Below, piece by piece: positions 18,830 through 28,820 of a DNA stretch of 64,000 nucleotides. Where the stretch lies: positions 124,001 through 188,000 of IMG/VR virus record IMGVR_UViG_3300028558_000791; one strand, 5' to 3'. The notes beneath the pieces were generated by a model, which was not told the DNA's origin, did not search any database, and was given only the letters and a program-made list of their open reading frames with translations. Every line of letters begins with the position of its first letter. Position 1 is the stretch's first letter. Made by a program: the position numbers and the translations under genes.

Positions 18830-19936
18830 ATGTCTAATGCACTAAACTTACAAGAATTAGATCAGGAGCAGGCGCTCAATCTTACCAAATTCTTTATCCA
18901 ATCAAAACATAATGTCTTTCTATTTGGGAGGCGTGGGGTCGGCAAGACTGACATTGCTATCCAGGCAGCCAAAGAATGCGGCCTCAAAATTGCTTACATC
19001 AATCTAAGTGTGATTGAAAGACCAGATTTAGCTGGTTATCCCGATTTGAGTTCGCCTGGAGATATTGTTAACTTCAAATCTCCCTATTTCCTACCCAAAC
19101 TATTGGATGGATACAAGGCAGACAGTGTAATCCTCTTCGATGAGGTAGATAAGGTTCAGCCAGAAGTAACCGCTCCTCTGTTAGAGATTCTACTCTTCAA
19201 GAAGATTAATGGTATCCCAATCAACGCAGTTTCTTGTATCCTGACCGGTAACCTAGCTAATGAAGGCGCCTATTCCAACGAGATCAGTTCAGCTCTTTTG
19301 GATCGTGGCGCCAAGTTCATTCTACAATTTAACTTCGAGAAGTGGGTTGATTGGGCCAAGGCTCATAACGTTCATGACCTTATCTTAGGATTTTTGCGCA
19401 GTGACCCTGAGTTTGCTTGTGGTAAGATAGAAGATACTGTTTATGCCTCACCATCTCCAAGAAGTTGGACATGGGCATCTGATGCGTTGCTACGCGCCAA
19501 AGAACTCAAGATGTCCGATATAGAGTCGGTCACCCAAATCATCTCCGGTTATGTCGGAAGTGAAGCGGGAATGAGGTTCAAACTTTGGTATGAACATTTC
19601 CGTAAGTTTGAACCTCATGTTCATACACTAATTGACCGTGGCGAAATGTCTCTCAATTACGGAGACTTAGTTCCAACAGAGAAGTTGGTCTTTGTTATAT
19701 CTGCATGTTATTATGCGAAACAAAGAGTCTTTAAGGACAAATCTAAGAATAGGTTTGCATATCTAGAGAACCTATGTAACTTTTTCCATCAATGTAAAGT
19801 AGAGTCGGAAGTCCAAATTATGGGACTGCATAACTCTTTTGATTTCGATATGATTAGGGTACACAAGCTTTATACTTGTAAGCCCTTTTTTGACCTCTTC
19901 AATAAGTTGAGTGAAAACGTTACGTTCAAGAAGTGA
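18830..19936 (+). CDS. MoxR-like AAA+ ATPase, paralog of 3680-4810
   Basis: GRRGVGKT, LFDEVD, TGN, SPRSW; colinear similarity to the first copy. Confidence 0.9.
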   Translation: MSNALNLQELDQEQALNLTKFFIQSKHNVFLFGRRGVGKTDIAIQAAKECGLKIAYINLSVIERPDLAGYPDLSSPGDIVNFKSPYFLPKLLDGYKADSVILFDEVDKVQPEVTAPLLEILLFKKINGIPINAVSCILTGNLANEGAYSNEISSALLDRGAKFILQFNFEKWVDWAKAHNVHDLILGFLRSDPEFACGKIEDTVYASPSPRSWTWASDALLRAKELKMSDIESVTQIISGYVGSEAGMRFKLWYEHFRKFEPHVHTLIDRGEMSLNYGDLVPTEKLVFVISACYYAKQRVFKDKSKNRFAYLENLCNFFHQCKVESEVQIMGLHNSFDFDMIRVHKLYTCKPFFDLFNKLSENVTFKK

Positions 19937-19946
19937 TGGCGTGCCC

Positions 19947-19974
19947 TTGACGCCTAATTTTTAGGTTTTACGTT
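19947..19974 (+). promoter_or_regulatory. sigma70-like promoter
   Basis: CCC-TTGACG-16-TACGTT before the thioredoxin gene. Confidence 0.45.
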
Positions 19975-19989
19975 CTTATATGAGGTCCC

Positions 19990-20316
19990 ATGAGTGACAT
20001 TGTAAATGTAGATGATAATAATTTTGAAACGGAAGTCCTGCAATCGGATGTCCCTGTTTTGGTAGATTTTGGTGCCACTTGGTGTGGACCTTGCCAAAGA
20101 CAACTGCCAATCGTTGAGAAGTTCGCAATTGACAACGGTACTGTGAAGGTTTGCAAAGTAGATATTGATGATGCTCCTGTTGTTGCCCAGAAGCTAGGCA
20201 TTCGTGGAGTTCCTACTTTGATGTTGTTTAATGATGGCAAAGCTGTTGGCCATAAAGTTGGGCTAACCTCTTTAGCTGAGATTAGCAACTTCGTGATGAC
20301 TAAGACTGGTAGCTGA
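19990..20316 (+). CDS. trxA: thioredoxin
   Basis: VLVDFGATWCGPC, IRGVPTL. Confidence 0.95.
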   Translation: MSDIVNVDDNNFETEVLQSDVPVLVDFGATWCGPCQRQLPIVEKFAIDNGTVKVCKVDIDDAPVVAQKLGIRGVPTLMLFNDGKAVGHKVGLTSLAEISNFVMTKTGS

Positions 20317-20354
20317 AGTTTACCAGAAGATACAACTAAATATGTAGCATGAGG

Positions 20355-20381
20355 GCCGGCGTTTGCTGGCTTTTACATTTT
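20355..20381 (+). terminator. putative intrinsic terminator
   Basis: GCCGGC-GTTT-GCTGGC hairpin followed by TTTTACATTTT. Confidence 0.45.
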
Positions 20382-20606
20382 ATGGACATTCATACAGCCG
20401 CTCATTATATGAGGCACGGATATAGAATTAGGCGTTCAAGTCTTCCTGAACGCAGTTATCTTTACAGCAAAGATAATATGTTATGGGAGTTTTCAGTGGC
20501 CGGACATCTGCCAACATATCTTTTGCTGGAAGATTTATTAGCCAACGATTGGGAGTTGATAACAGACGGTATTATCAAACACTTCCCACTCATTTATTCA
20601 GATTGA
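20382..20606 (+). CDS. DUF2829/Tad2-like small protein
   Basis: M..A...M..G.RIRR..W/L and EDLLANDWEL pattern; ATG 20382 preferred. Confidence 0.55.
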   Translation: MDIHTAAHYMRHGYRIRRSSLPERSYLYSKDNMLWEFSVAGHLPTYLLLEDLLANDWELITDGIIKHFPLIYSD

Positions 20607-20613
20607 GGATTCA

Positions 20614-20874
20614 ATGTGGTTTGAACAATTGCTGCTGTTAGCGTTAATAGCTAGTAGTGTATTCTTAATTGGAATACCACTATATAAGATAGCTCGAACT
20701 TTGGTTCCTAAGAAAAGAAATCCATTAGCTGAAGCTAAGGATAGACTTGAGCAAACGCGCCTCGAAGTTGAGGCGGCTCGTTTGGAAAAAGAGCGAGAGA
20801 AACTCTACAACAAAATGTATGAAGAGGCTCTCCAAGAAGATGAAATAGAAATTCAACAGGAGAAACGTAAATGA
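20614..20874 (+). CDS. membrane-anchored coiled-coil protein
   Basis: N-terminal TM helix; GAGG SD. Confidence 0.7.
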   Translation: MWFEQLLLLALIASSVFLIGIPLYKIARTLVPKKRNPLAEAKDRLEQTRLEVEAARLEKEREKLYNKMYEEALQEDEIEIQQEKRK

Positions 20875-22094
20875 GTTCAAGTAAAGATAACACCATATTT
20901 GGCTTGCTTGTCAAGCTCGGCCTTGGTATTGGTGTATTGATTATAGGCGCCGTATTGATTATCAATATGGTTACTACAGTCGGTGCAGATGAGATCGTGA
21001 TCAAGCAAGACTTGATTGGTGGACAGTTGCATGTATGGGATACGCCCGGCGTTCACTGGCAGAACTTTGGCACCATTACGGTATACAAACGCAGTGCTCA
21101 ATTCTGGTTCTCTGCCCGAGAAGATGAAGGTAAGAAGACTGATGACGCTATCAAAGTCAGGTTCAATGATGGTGGACATGGAAACATCTCCGGTTCCCTT
21201 CGTTATACGCTTCCCGCCGACCCTAATAAGATGTTGGAAGTTCACCGAACCTTCCATTCAATGAAGGCTATCGATCATGAGTTGATTCAGCAAGTTGTTA
21301 ACAAGGGTGTGTATATGAGCGGCCCCCTGATGAGCAGCCGAGAGTCTTATGCTGAGAAGCGTGCTGACCTCATCAACTATATCACTGATCAGATTGTTTA
21401 TGGTGTGTATCGCACTGAACATGAGCAAGTCAAGACAACTGATCCTCTGACTAGTCAAGAAAAGACTGTGGATATTGTTCGTCCCAAGGCTGACCCCAAG
21501 TCTCCTAACGGCGTGCTCCGCGAGGAAGAGTCTCCCATTCAGCGCTTCGGCATGAGTGCGAGCAATATCACCATCAATAGCATCGAATACGATGCCGTGG
21601 TAGAAGCTCAAATCAAACAACAGCAGGAAGCAATCAACGCCGTTCAACAGGCTATTGTTAATTCTAAGAAAGCTGAACAGGATGCCATTACAGTTGAGTT
21701 GCAAGGTAAGGCTGCTGCCGCCAAAGCAAAATGGGATCAAGAAGTGCAGAAAGCTACCGCTGTAACTGTTGCTGAGCAAGAGAAGGCCGTTGCTGTTACC
21801 AAGGCTCAAAAAGATAAGGAAGTGGCCGCGTTATCTTTGGATACAGCTAAACTAAGCGCTCAAGAAACACTTACTACTGCCAAGGCAGAAGCAGATGCTA
21901 AGAGATTGTCAATGCAATCTGACAACTATCAGGGCAAAAAGATCGAGGCCGCAGTTGAGATTCAGAAGGCTTGGGCTGCCGCTTATGGTGCACAACCTCA
22001 AGTACCCAGCATCAGTATGGGCGGATCAAGCTCTCCTACCACAACGGCAATGGATGCTGTTGCGGTTAGGGCACTGCGTGACTTGAATAAGTGA
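20871..22094 (+). CDS. SPFH/band-7 (prohibitin-like) membrane protein
   Basis: N-terminal TM, VRFNDGG, Ala/Glu/Lys-rich coiled-coil C-terminus. Confidence 0.8.
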   Translation: MSSSKDNTIFGLLVKLGLGIGVLIIGAVLIINMVTTVGADEIVIKQDLIGGQLHVWDTPGVHWQNFGTITVYKRSAQFWFSAREDEGKKTDDAIKVRFNDGGHGNISGSLRYTLPADPNKMLEVHRTFHSMKAIDHELIQQVVNKGVYMSGPLMSSRESYAEKRADLINYITDQIVYGVYRTEHEQVKTTDPLTSQEKTVDIVRPKADPKSPNGVLREEESPIQRFGMSASNITINSIEYDAVVEAQIKQQQEAINAVQQAIVNSKKAEQDAITVELQGKAAAAKAKWDQEVQKATAVTVAEQEKAVAVTKAQKDKEVAALSLDTAKLSAQETLTTAKAEADAKRLSMQSDNYQGKKIEAAVEIQKAWAAAYGAQPQVPSISMGGSSSPTTTAMDAVAVRALRDLNK

Positions 22095-22101
22095 GTTGGT
22101 A

Positions 22102-22497
22102 ATGCTTATCTTTCTCGGTATTGTATTAGTTATTGTTACATTCATAGTTGGTGCCGGAGCTACCCACGGTTATGCTAAACACCGTTGGCCTCCCTTAATT
22201 GTAAAGCGACAAGTCTATGTAACAGGTGAAGGCTGGGTAAATCAGGCCCAAGACGATAATAGCGCAAAAAGAATTGCCTCTACTATTTTTTGGCCTAGTT
22301 ATTGGATATTCATTTGGCCATTCACTAAAGTCAATGAAGTAACCTTTACGCATATCGAGAAAGAAGCCGCTTTGCAAGTTGCTAAGAATAAAACTCGTGT
22401 AGCAGACTTACAGGCTACACGAGAACAATTATCGGCCTCTAATGCTGAATTAGAGCGAGCCGAAGTGGAATTAGAAAAGGAACTCAGTAATGTCTGA
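22102..22497 (+). CDS. membrane protein with C-terminal coiled coil
   Basis: two hydrophobic segments, FWP motif. Confidence 0.65.
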   Translation: MLIFLGIVLVIVTFIVGAGATHGYAKHRWPPLIVKRQVYVTGEGWVNQAQDDNSAKRIASTIFWPSYWIFIWPFTKVNEVTFTHIEKEAALQVAKNKTRVADLQATREQLSASNAELERAEVELEKELSNV

Positions 22498-23425
22498 AGT
22501 AAAGATGGTTGTGGGATACCCGGCTTCGGGTAAGAGTACGGTTACTAAAGACCTTATCAAAAAAGGAGCCGTCTCCCTAAACAGGGATACCGAGGGCGGT
22601 ACCATCGTCAGCCTTCTACCTAAACTAGAGGCGCTCATCAAAGATGGCAAGGATGTTGTTCTTGATAACACATTTCCTACCATTGAAGTGCGTAAGCCTT
22701 TCATTGAGTTGGCTAAGAAGTACAATGCTGACGTTAGCTGTACGTTGATGGGGACTACCATTGAGGAAGCTCAGTTCAATGTAGTACAGCGAGCTATTAG
22801 TTTGATTGGTAAGTTTCCGACCCCGGAAGCCATCAAAGCTGCCAAGCATACCAATATCTTCCCTCCTACCGTCTTGTTCAAATACAAGAAGGAGTTTCAG
22901 AAGCCAACTGTAGAGGAAGGCTTCTCAAAGGTAGAGCTTCATAAGTTCGTCCGCCTGGATAACCCAGAGTTCACCAACAAGGCCATCATTGTGGACTATG
23001 ATGGAACTTTGCGTGAGTGTATCGGCGGCAATGAGAAGTTCCCGGTCTCCAAGGATCAGATTGAGATTAAGCCTGGACGAGCTAAGATTCTCCAAGCTTA
23101 CAAAGACAAAGGGTACCTTCTGTTGGGAATCTCCAATCAGAGTGGCGTTCACAAAGGCGAATTGAGTGAGCAGACCGCCATTGAATTGTTTGAGCACACT
23201 AACAAGGGGCTAGGTATTGATATTGAATATCGATTCTGTCCCCACCAGTCGGCACCAATTTCCTGCTATTGCAGGAAGCCAATGAATGGAGTCGGGGTTG
23301 AATTCATTCTCAAACACAAACTCCGTGCCAAAGACTGCATCATGGTTGGCGATATGACAACCGATAAGACATTCGCTGCCCGTTCTGGATTTCAATACGT
23401 AGACCAAGCAGAGTTTTTCAAATGA
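22490..23425 (+). CDS. polynucleotide kinase-phosphatase-like protein (P-loop kinase + HAD-IIIA)
   Basis: GYPASGKST, VLDNT; DYDGTL, SNQSG, CYCRKP, MVGD. Confidence 0.85.
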   Translation: MSEVKMVVGYPASGKSTVTKDLIKKGAVSLNRDTEGGTIVSLLPKLEALIKDGKDVVLDNTFPTIEVRKPFIELAKKYNADVSCTLMGTTIEEAQFNVVQRAISLIGKFPTPEAIKAAKHTNIFPPTVLFKYKKEFQKPTVEEGFSKVELHKFVRLDNPEFTNKAIIVDYDGTLRECIGGNEKFPVSKDQIEIKPGRAKILQAYKDKGYLLLGISNQSGVHKGELSEQTAIELFEHTNKGLGIDIEYRFCPHQSAPISCYCRKPMNGVGVEFILKHKLRAKDCIMVGDMTTDKTFAARSGFQYVDQAEFFK

Positions 23426-23718
23426 GAAAAAAGTTCAAAATTACTTTTGAAGTGGATTGTAATTATCCCCATATTGATAATGCTGTACCCATTAGATCAT
23501 CTACAAAAATGATAAAAGATTTTGAACAGTGGCTTAAAGATTGGACTAATAGTAGCGGTAAAGATATTATGCCAATTCTTTATGAGCCGGCTCGTGGAAA
23601 AACAGGCTCTAAGGGTGACTGGGAACATGCGCCAAATGGTACGGTAAAGGTAAAGATTGTACGAGATAAAGAAACTATTCTAGATACATGGTGGGATGTA
23701 TTATCTGATGATTTTTGA
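23422..23718 (+). CDS. hypothetical protein
   Basis: ATGA coupling; 98 aa. Confidence 0.6.
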   Translation: MRKKFKITFEVDCNYPHIDNAVPIRSSTKMIKDFEQWLKDWTNSSGKDIMPILYEPARGKTGSKGDWEHAPNGTVKVKIVRDKETILDTWWDVLSDDF

Positions 23719-23727
23719 GAGGCAATT

Positions 23728-24687
23728 ATGATTAAGGTAGAGATGTTAGTTGGAATCCCAGGTTCTGGGAAGTCCACGTATGCAAAACAGGTTGTAGCCA
23801 AGGATCCATCGAACTGGGTTCGCGTCAACAACGATGACCTTCGTGCCATGATGAATGGTAGCGTCTGGAGTGCAGACTACGAGAAGATGGTTACGGATGC
23901 CCGCAACTATCTTATCCGAGATGCATTGAAGCGCGGGAAGAACGTCATCATCGACAATTTGAATCTCAACCGTCGTCACTTCGATGATGTCTGTAAGATT
24001 GCCAAGTCAGTCAATGCCGACATCCAGGTTTTCGAGAAGGCTTTCTACATTGAGTTGGAAGAAGCCTTGGAGCGTAACGCTAAGCGTGAAGGCGCGGCTC
24101 GTGTACCTGATGATGTCATCAAGAAGTGGTGGAAGGAGTCTGGTAAGACTCAGTTCAAGTTTTTCAAGCCCCGAGTAGAAATCTACAAGGAAAGCAAGGG
24201 TAGTGCTCCTGCATTTGCTCCGCCTGAGTGGATTGAAGGTTTGTCTGAAGCAGTTCTCTGTGACTTGGACGGCACCCTTGCTTTGATTCATGGCAGAAGC
24301 CCGTACGATGCTTCTGATTGTGACGTCAAGGACTTGCCAAACATTCCGGTTATTGAAACCGTTCTTGCTCATTATAGGGCTGGTCGAAAGATTATCTTCT
24401 GTTCTGGGCGTGAAGACAAGTACCGACCAGAAACCATTAGGTTCATCGAGAAGCACTGCTTCGTTCCTCTGGCAACTAATCCTGGTGTGAACTCGTTTAG
24501 TTACCAGCTTCACATGCGCAAGACCGATGACTTCCGTAAGGATGCCATTATCAAGGAAGAAATCTATCAGAACGAAATTGAGGGACAGTACAACGTACTC
24601 TGCGTCCTCGATGACCGTGATCAAGTGGTTGAGTTTTGGAGAGCCAAGGGACTGACTTGCTTCCAAGTCGCGCCCGGCAACTTCTGA
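23728..24687 (+). CDS. pseT: T4 PseT-like polynucleotide 5'-kinase/3'-phosphatase
   Basis: GIPGSGKST, NNDDLR; DLDGTL, SGR, RKDAIIK, DDRDQVV..WR..GL.CFQV. Confidence 0.93.
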   Translation: MIKVEMLVGIPGSGKSTYAKQVVAKDPSNWVRVNNDDLRAMMNGSVWSADYEKMVTDARNYLIRDALKRGKNVIIDNLNLNRRHFDDVCKIAKSVNADIQVFEKAFYIELEEALERNAKREGAARVPDDVIKKWWKESGKTQFKFFKPRVEIYKESKGSAPAFAPPEWIEGLSEAVLCDLDGTLALIHGRSPYDASDCDVKDLPNIPVIETVLAHYRAGRKIIFCSGREDKYRPETIRFIEKHCFVPLATNPGVNSFSYQLHMRKTDDFRKDAIIKEEIYQNEIEGQYNVLCVLDDRDQVVEFWRAKGLTCFQVAPGNF

Positions 24688-24688
24688 G

Positions 24689-25015
24689 ATGAGTAAGGTA
24701 TATATTCTATTTACTAGGAATTATCCTAAAGATGATGGTAACTATACCTATCTTCCGCAATTTGAAATTCATAGTAAGAGACCTAAAACCAAAGGCGTCA
24801 AAGATAAGGTGGCAGAATTAGATGTCGGCGAATGTGTCGATGTTTACCGAGCCACCTTATCTGAAGACGAGGATTATGTGAAGATGGAATTGTTTACCGT
24901 CTCTAATGTAGATGGTAAGGTACAAGAAACATTCACTGAATCTTTTTGCCTAGAGCGTGAAGAGATTTACAATGATAAAGAGTACCAGCAGTTACTGAAG
25001 AACAAAAGCACATGA
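24689..25015 (+). CDS. hypothetical protein
   Basis: 108-aa ORF within an operon. Confidence 0.65.
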   Translation: MSKVYILFTRNYPKDDGNYTYLPQFEIHSKRPKTKGVKDKVAELDVGECVDVYRATLSEDEDYVKMELFTVSNVDGKVQETFTESFCLEREEIYNDKEYQQLLKNKST

Positions 25016-25548
25016 AAGAGCCATTCATCAACCATATGTTTTCTAAGGACCACAGCCGGCCTTGGGAACGGGACTATCTGCCACGAACTGAAGATGTAAC
25101 TATCTATTCTCATTACGAGAAGTATCGTAATGATGATGATAAACAGTATTGTGAGTTCTGTGATGAAGAGCTGGGTTATGGTGATGACGGTTACGAAGAC
25201 TGCGATTGCCCGGATGCTTTAGATGAAAGAGAGCATAGGGGTAATCATCCTAAGATTACACAGGTGACTTTACAATCTATCTTGGATAGATTGCCAGAAG
25301 GTGTAAAGCCGTCTGATGTAAGGGTCTCTCTGAGCCTAGATACTGGAGATATGGGCATCTATGGTTACGAGGTAACCTTTTCATACAGTAAGACTTTTGA
25401 AGCTGACCCAGAGGGGTTTAAAGCTGCTCAGGAACGCTATGAGAAGAACTATCAAGCTTATCTTGTTGAGAAGCAGAAATATGACGAATGGAAACGTCAG
25501 CAAGAGGTTCAGGCCCTTGAAGAGAAGCTCGCTAAGCTGAAAAGATAA
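25012..25548 (+). CDS. hypothetical protein with CxxC/CxC motif
   Basis: ATGA coupling; CEFC..CDC. Confidence 0.65.
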   Translation: MKEPFINHMFSKDHSRPWERDYLPRTEDVTIYSHYEKYRNDDDKQYCEFCDEELGYGDDGYEDCDCPDALDEREHRGNHPKITQVTLQSILDRLPEGVKPSDVRVSLSLDTGDMGIYGYEVTFSYSKTFEADPEGFKAAQERYEKNYQAYLVEKQKYDEWKRQQEVQALEEKLAKLKR

Positions 25549-25566
25549 GTTTTTCTCGGCCCCGCC

Positions 25567-25594
25567 TTGACGCCCTATTTGTCAGAATTACGGT
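25567..25594 (+). promoter_or_regulatory. sigma70-like promoter, probably leaderless
   Basis: TTGACG-16-TACGGT, 6 nt before ATG 25601; no SD. Confidence 0.4.
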
Positions 25595-25600
25595 AGTAGT

Positions 25601-26353
25601 ATGATCAAGCTACCTCGAACGCTACACATTGCGGGCTCGGGCCTGTCCTCCGATAAGGACCCCGAGGTCGTACAATTCAATAAATTGTCTGGTGAATTTC
25701 TCACGGTGGAAGAGAAGCTAGACGGCACTGGTGTGTCAATCTTTTTTGACGACCATTTTGTACCACAACTCTGGCATCGCGGTGCTCCTGCGAATGGCAA
25801 AGAGTTTCACAGACTCCATGCGTGGATAAACGCCCATGAGGATGATCTGTTCGATCTCTTAGAAGATAAGTACGTACTTTTCGGAGAATGGATGCTGCGC
25901 AAGCATAGCATCTTCTATGACCGACTGCCTACTTACTTCTTTGAATCAGATATCTATGACCGCAAGAATCACATCTGGCTTTCTACGTTCGCAAGAACTA
26001 GTTTGTTGTCTGGCCGTGATTTCATTCGTTCGGTCCCCGTCTTGGCAGCTTTCAAGCCTACCAAGCTAAATCAGATAACTGATTTGGTTAAGAAGTCTAT
26101 GTATCAGTCTGACAACTGGGCCGAGGTTCTTTGGAAGAAGTCTGAGAAGGAAGGTTTAGAACTGAAACAACTCTTAAGTGAGTGTGACCGTTCTGACTTG
26201 GCGGAAGGTCTGTATATCAAACTTGAAGATGAAAAACAAGTTATTGGTAGATACAAATATGTGCGCCGAGAGTTTGTTGAAAACATTATCAACTCTGGCA
26301 CTCATCTGATTGACCGAGTTCCATTCCACAACATTTCTATTCAAGGAGTTTAA
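25601..26353 (+). CDS. RNA ligase family protein (Rnl2-like)
   Basis: K.PRT.H, motif I EEKLDG, LFGEW, EGLYIK, RYKYVR. Confidence 0.85.
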   Translation: MIKLPRTLHIAGSGLSSDKDPEVVQFNKLSGEFLTVEEKLDGTGVSIFFDDHFVPQLWHRGAPANGKEFHRLHAWINAHEDDLFDLLEDKYVLFGEWMLRKHSIFYDRLPTYFFESDIYDRKNHIWLSTFARTSLLSGRDFIRSVPVLAAFKPTKLNQITDLVKKSMYQSDNWAEVLWKKSEKEGLELKQLLSECDRSDLAEGLYIKLEDEKQVIGRYKYVRREFVENIINSGTHLIDRVPFHNISIQGV

Positions 26354-26357
26354 TATC

Positions 26358-26618
26358 ATGGTCCCGATTTTTTTTGGTTTCATCTTACTGATGGCGATCT
26401 ACATCATCTGGAAGATGTTCATTGATGGATGGCTTTTCAAAGGCATCCTCTTCTTCGCAGGCTGGTTTGGCCTGTATGTCTATCTCGCTGTTTATGTTGA
26501 GGGCGCCAAAGGTGTTGCCTTTACCATGAGTAATGGATTCACGATGACTTGGGCCGCGGTGGTTCCAACTATCATCTGCTTCCTGTGTTTGCTGTGTACA
26601 AGGGTGTCAGATGACTAA
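26358..26618 (+). CDS. small membrane protein
   Basis: three hydrophobic helices; AAGGAG SD. Confidence 0.7.
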   Translation: MVPIFFGFILLMAIYIIWKMFIDGWLFKGILFFAGWFGLYVYLAVYVEGAKGVAFTMSNGFTMTWAAVVPTIICFLCLLCTRVSDD

Positions 26619-26814
26619 GATGTTCAAAGAAAATGGTTTCCTCTCTGAAGAGGGTAATAAGGTTCTGCATTCATTTCACTATGGCCTAACTGAGATTATG
26701 GCCACGGCTGAAGTTCGTAATATGTCGGTGCAGGAACTGCAAGTCCTACAAGCCAATCTAGCATCCCTAGTTGGTACTACAATCTCTAATGCAATTCAGT
26801 CAAAGAAAGAGTGA
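26611..26814 (+). CDS. hypothetical protein
   Basis: 67 aa, overlapping its neighbours. Confidence 0.6.
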   Translation: MTKMFKENGFLSEEGNKVLHSFHYGLTEIMATAEVRNMSVQELQVLQANLASLVGTTISNAIQSKKE

Positions 26815-28064
26815 GTGTTATGTTGCTTGTCCAGAAGTATTTGGAAACACATACATTTGGAGACTTGGCGCGAGACCACGGTGTCTATGCGTCGTTCTCT
26901 AAGTCCGGTCACAAGTTCTCTCTGAACTACGATCAAATTGAAGCAAGGGAGTCAGATCCCTTGTCTCAGGAAACTCGCGGACTCATCTTGGCCGCAGAGG
27001 ATGGAAAGTCTTTCACCTCTCAGGCTCAGCAGGTCAATGGTCGTAACAACTACGACCATATCTCTCCGGGCAAGACTAAGATTCTTGCTTATCCAATGAA
27101 GCGTTTTTTTAATCATGGTCAGGGCTCTGCCGCTGATATTGATTGGTCTGATCCTAAGTTGGCCGTGCTGGAGAAGCTGGACGGAACCTTGTGCATTGTG
27201 TACTACGATACCTTCACGGACAAGTGGTGCATGGCAACTCGTTCTGTTCCGGAAGCTGACTTGCTGATGGATAATGGTATCTATACCTTCCGCACTCTGT
27301 TCGAGAAGGCACTAGTAGATACTACTGGCTATGAGTTCGATATCTTCACACGATCCCTAGACAAGGCTTACACTTACTGCTTCGAGTTGACAACCCCATA
27401 CAATCGTATCGTGGTTGAATACAAGAACAACGGTGTAACGTTGTTGGCAGTTCGTGGCCTGGTCACTTTACAGGAATTGGACTTCAAGCACCCTGTAGTT
27501 GATTTGCTTCCAACTAGTTTGCCGCTTGTACAGGGACACACGTATACTTCTGTGCAGGACCTTGTGGATTGGGTATCTTCATTGAACCCAATGGAGCATG
27601 AAGGTGTTGTTGTTCGAGACGGACAGTTCAATCGAATCAAGGTCAAGAACGCGGCCTACGTGGCTTACAACAAGGTACGCGATGCTTTGGCAACTTCACC
27701 ACGTAACATGGTAGAATTGATTCTGACAGAAAAGGATGACGATGTCATTCCTATGCTGCCAGAAGAGATTGTCAAGAATCTCCAGACCATCAAGGTTGGT
27801 ATTCAAAAGGTTATCAAGCAGCATGACGAAGCTTACTTGGCTATCAAGGCTGAGGCAGACAAGCTCATGCCGGGAGATAAGAAGACCTTTGCCGTTCTAA
27901 CTACCGTCACCTACAAGTCCCTGAACTTGTGGACGGCTCCATTCTTCCAGTTGTTCGATGGTAAAGCTTCGAATATGAAGGACTTTATCATGAAGTCTCG
28001 CCAGAAGGATGGTACCTGGGGTAACAACTTCCTAGATAAAATGCTAGAATTAGCAAAGCAATAG
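26811..28064 (+). CDS. T4 Rnl1-like RNA ligase
   Basis: ETRGLI, P.KRFFN, LEKLDG, FELT.P.NRIVV.Y, EGVVV, RIKVK; only gene in the window ending in TAG. Confidence 0.88.
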   Translation: MSVMLLVQKYLETHTFGDLARDHGVYASFSKSGHKFSLNYDQIEARESDPLSQETRGLILAAEDGKSFTSQAQQVNGRNNYDHISPGKTKILAYPMKRFFNHGQGSAADIDWSDPKLAVLEKLDGTLCIVYYDTFTDKWCMATRSVPEADLLMDNGIYTFRTLFEKALVDTTGYEFDIFTRSLDKAYTYCFELTTPYNRIVVEYKNNGVTLLAVRGLVTLQELDFKHPVVDLLPTSLPLVQGHTYTSVQDLVDWVSSLNPMEHEGVVVRDGQFNRIKVKNAAYVAYNKVRDALATSPRNMVELILTEKDDDVIPMLPEEIVKNLQTIKVGIQKVIKQHDEAYLAIKAEADKLMPGDKKTFAVLTTVTYKSLNLWTAPFFQLFDGKASNMKDFIMKSRQKDGTWGNNFLDKMLELAKQ

Positions 28065-28106
28065 TGCAGCGGGGAATCTGTGCTATAATTACGATATATA
28101 CTATGT

Positions 28107-28820
28107 ATGAACAAATACATGTTTGAGAGTGATTATAGCACAGATTCTGTTAGATGGCTTAATAAAATCACTGAAATCAATCCAAAACTTAGCGATCACG
28201 TCGAACTGGAAAAGCTTCAAGATGAAATCATTGCGAACAATGATGCTGCCCTAGCCTACTTCTTTGCTTGCGAATTTTCTTATAAGACTTATCGAATGCA
28301 AAAGGTCATTCTAGATAAGAGAGATCCAAAATATGCTTTTGTCTTTGCACAAAGTATTCCTAATGCTTCTATCAAATCATTACAAGACATTGTAGTCGAA
28401 TCTAAAAAGGTTAAGTATATTACCAAATTCGCTTGTTTTATTAAGCAAGCCGATCGCAAGCTCCTTGAAGGGCTGATCGTGAAATCTAAGAACGTCAAGT
28501 ATATTCATATGTATTTGAAACATGTCAAGAATGCTGACGTTACTAAATTCAAACAAATCATCATAGAATCCGGCAAGCCTAGATATCTTTTCGAATTAGC
28601 CAAGCATTCTACTTCTAAAGAAGATATTGAGATGCTAGAAGACTTAATCATCAAATCAAACTCATTTACATATATGAGATTGTTTGCTGAGAAGATTAAG
28701 ATGGCCGATGTCGACAAGATTGAGCAAGCTGTCTTAGCCACTGATAATGGTCCTGAGATCAAAAAGTTCGCTAAGTATGTGCGTAAATCTAAGATGAAAC
28801 AATTTTTATTGGTGATGTAA
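28107..28820 (+). CDS. helical repeat protein
   Basis: recurring ~25-aa units (L.D.I..S...Y...FA..I..AD). Confidence 0.7.
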   Translation: MNKYMFESDYSTDSVRWLNKITEINPKLSDHVELEKLQDEIIANNDAALAYFFACEFSYKTYRMQKVILDKRDPKYAFVFAQSIPNASIKSLQDIVVESKKVKYITKFACFIKQADRKLLEGLIVKSKNVKYIHMYLKHVKNADVTKFKQIIIESGKPRYLFELAKHSTSKEDIEMLEDLIIKSNSFTYMRLFAEKIKMADVDKIEQAVLATDNGPEIKKFAKYVRKSKMKQFLLVM

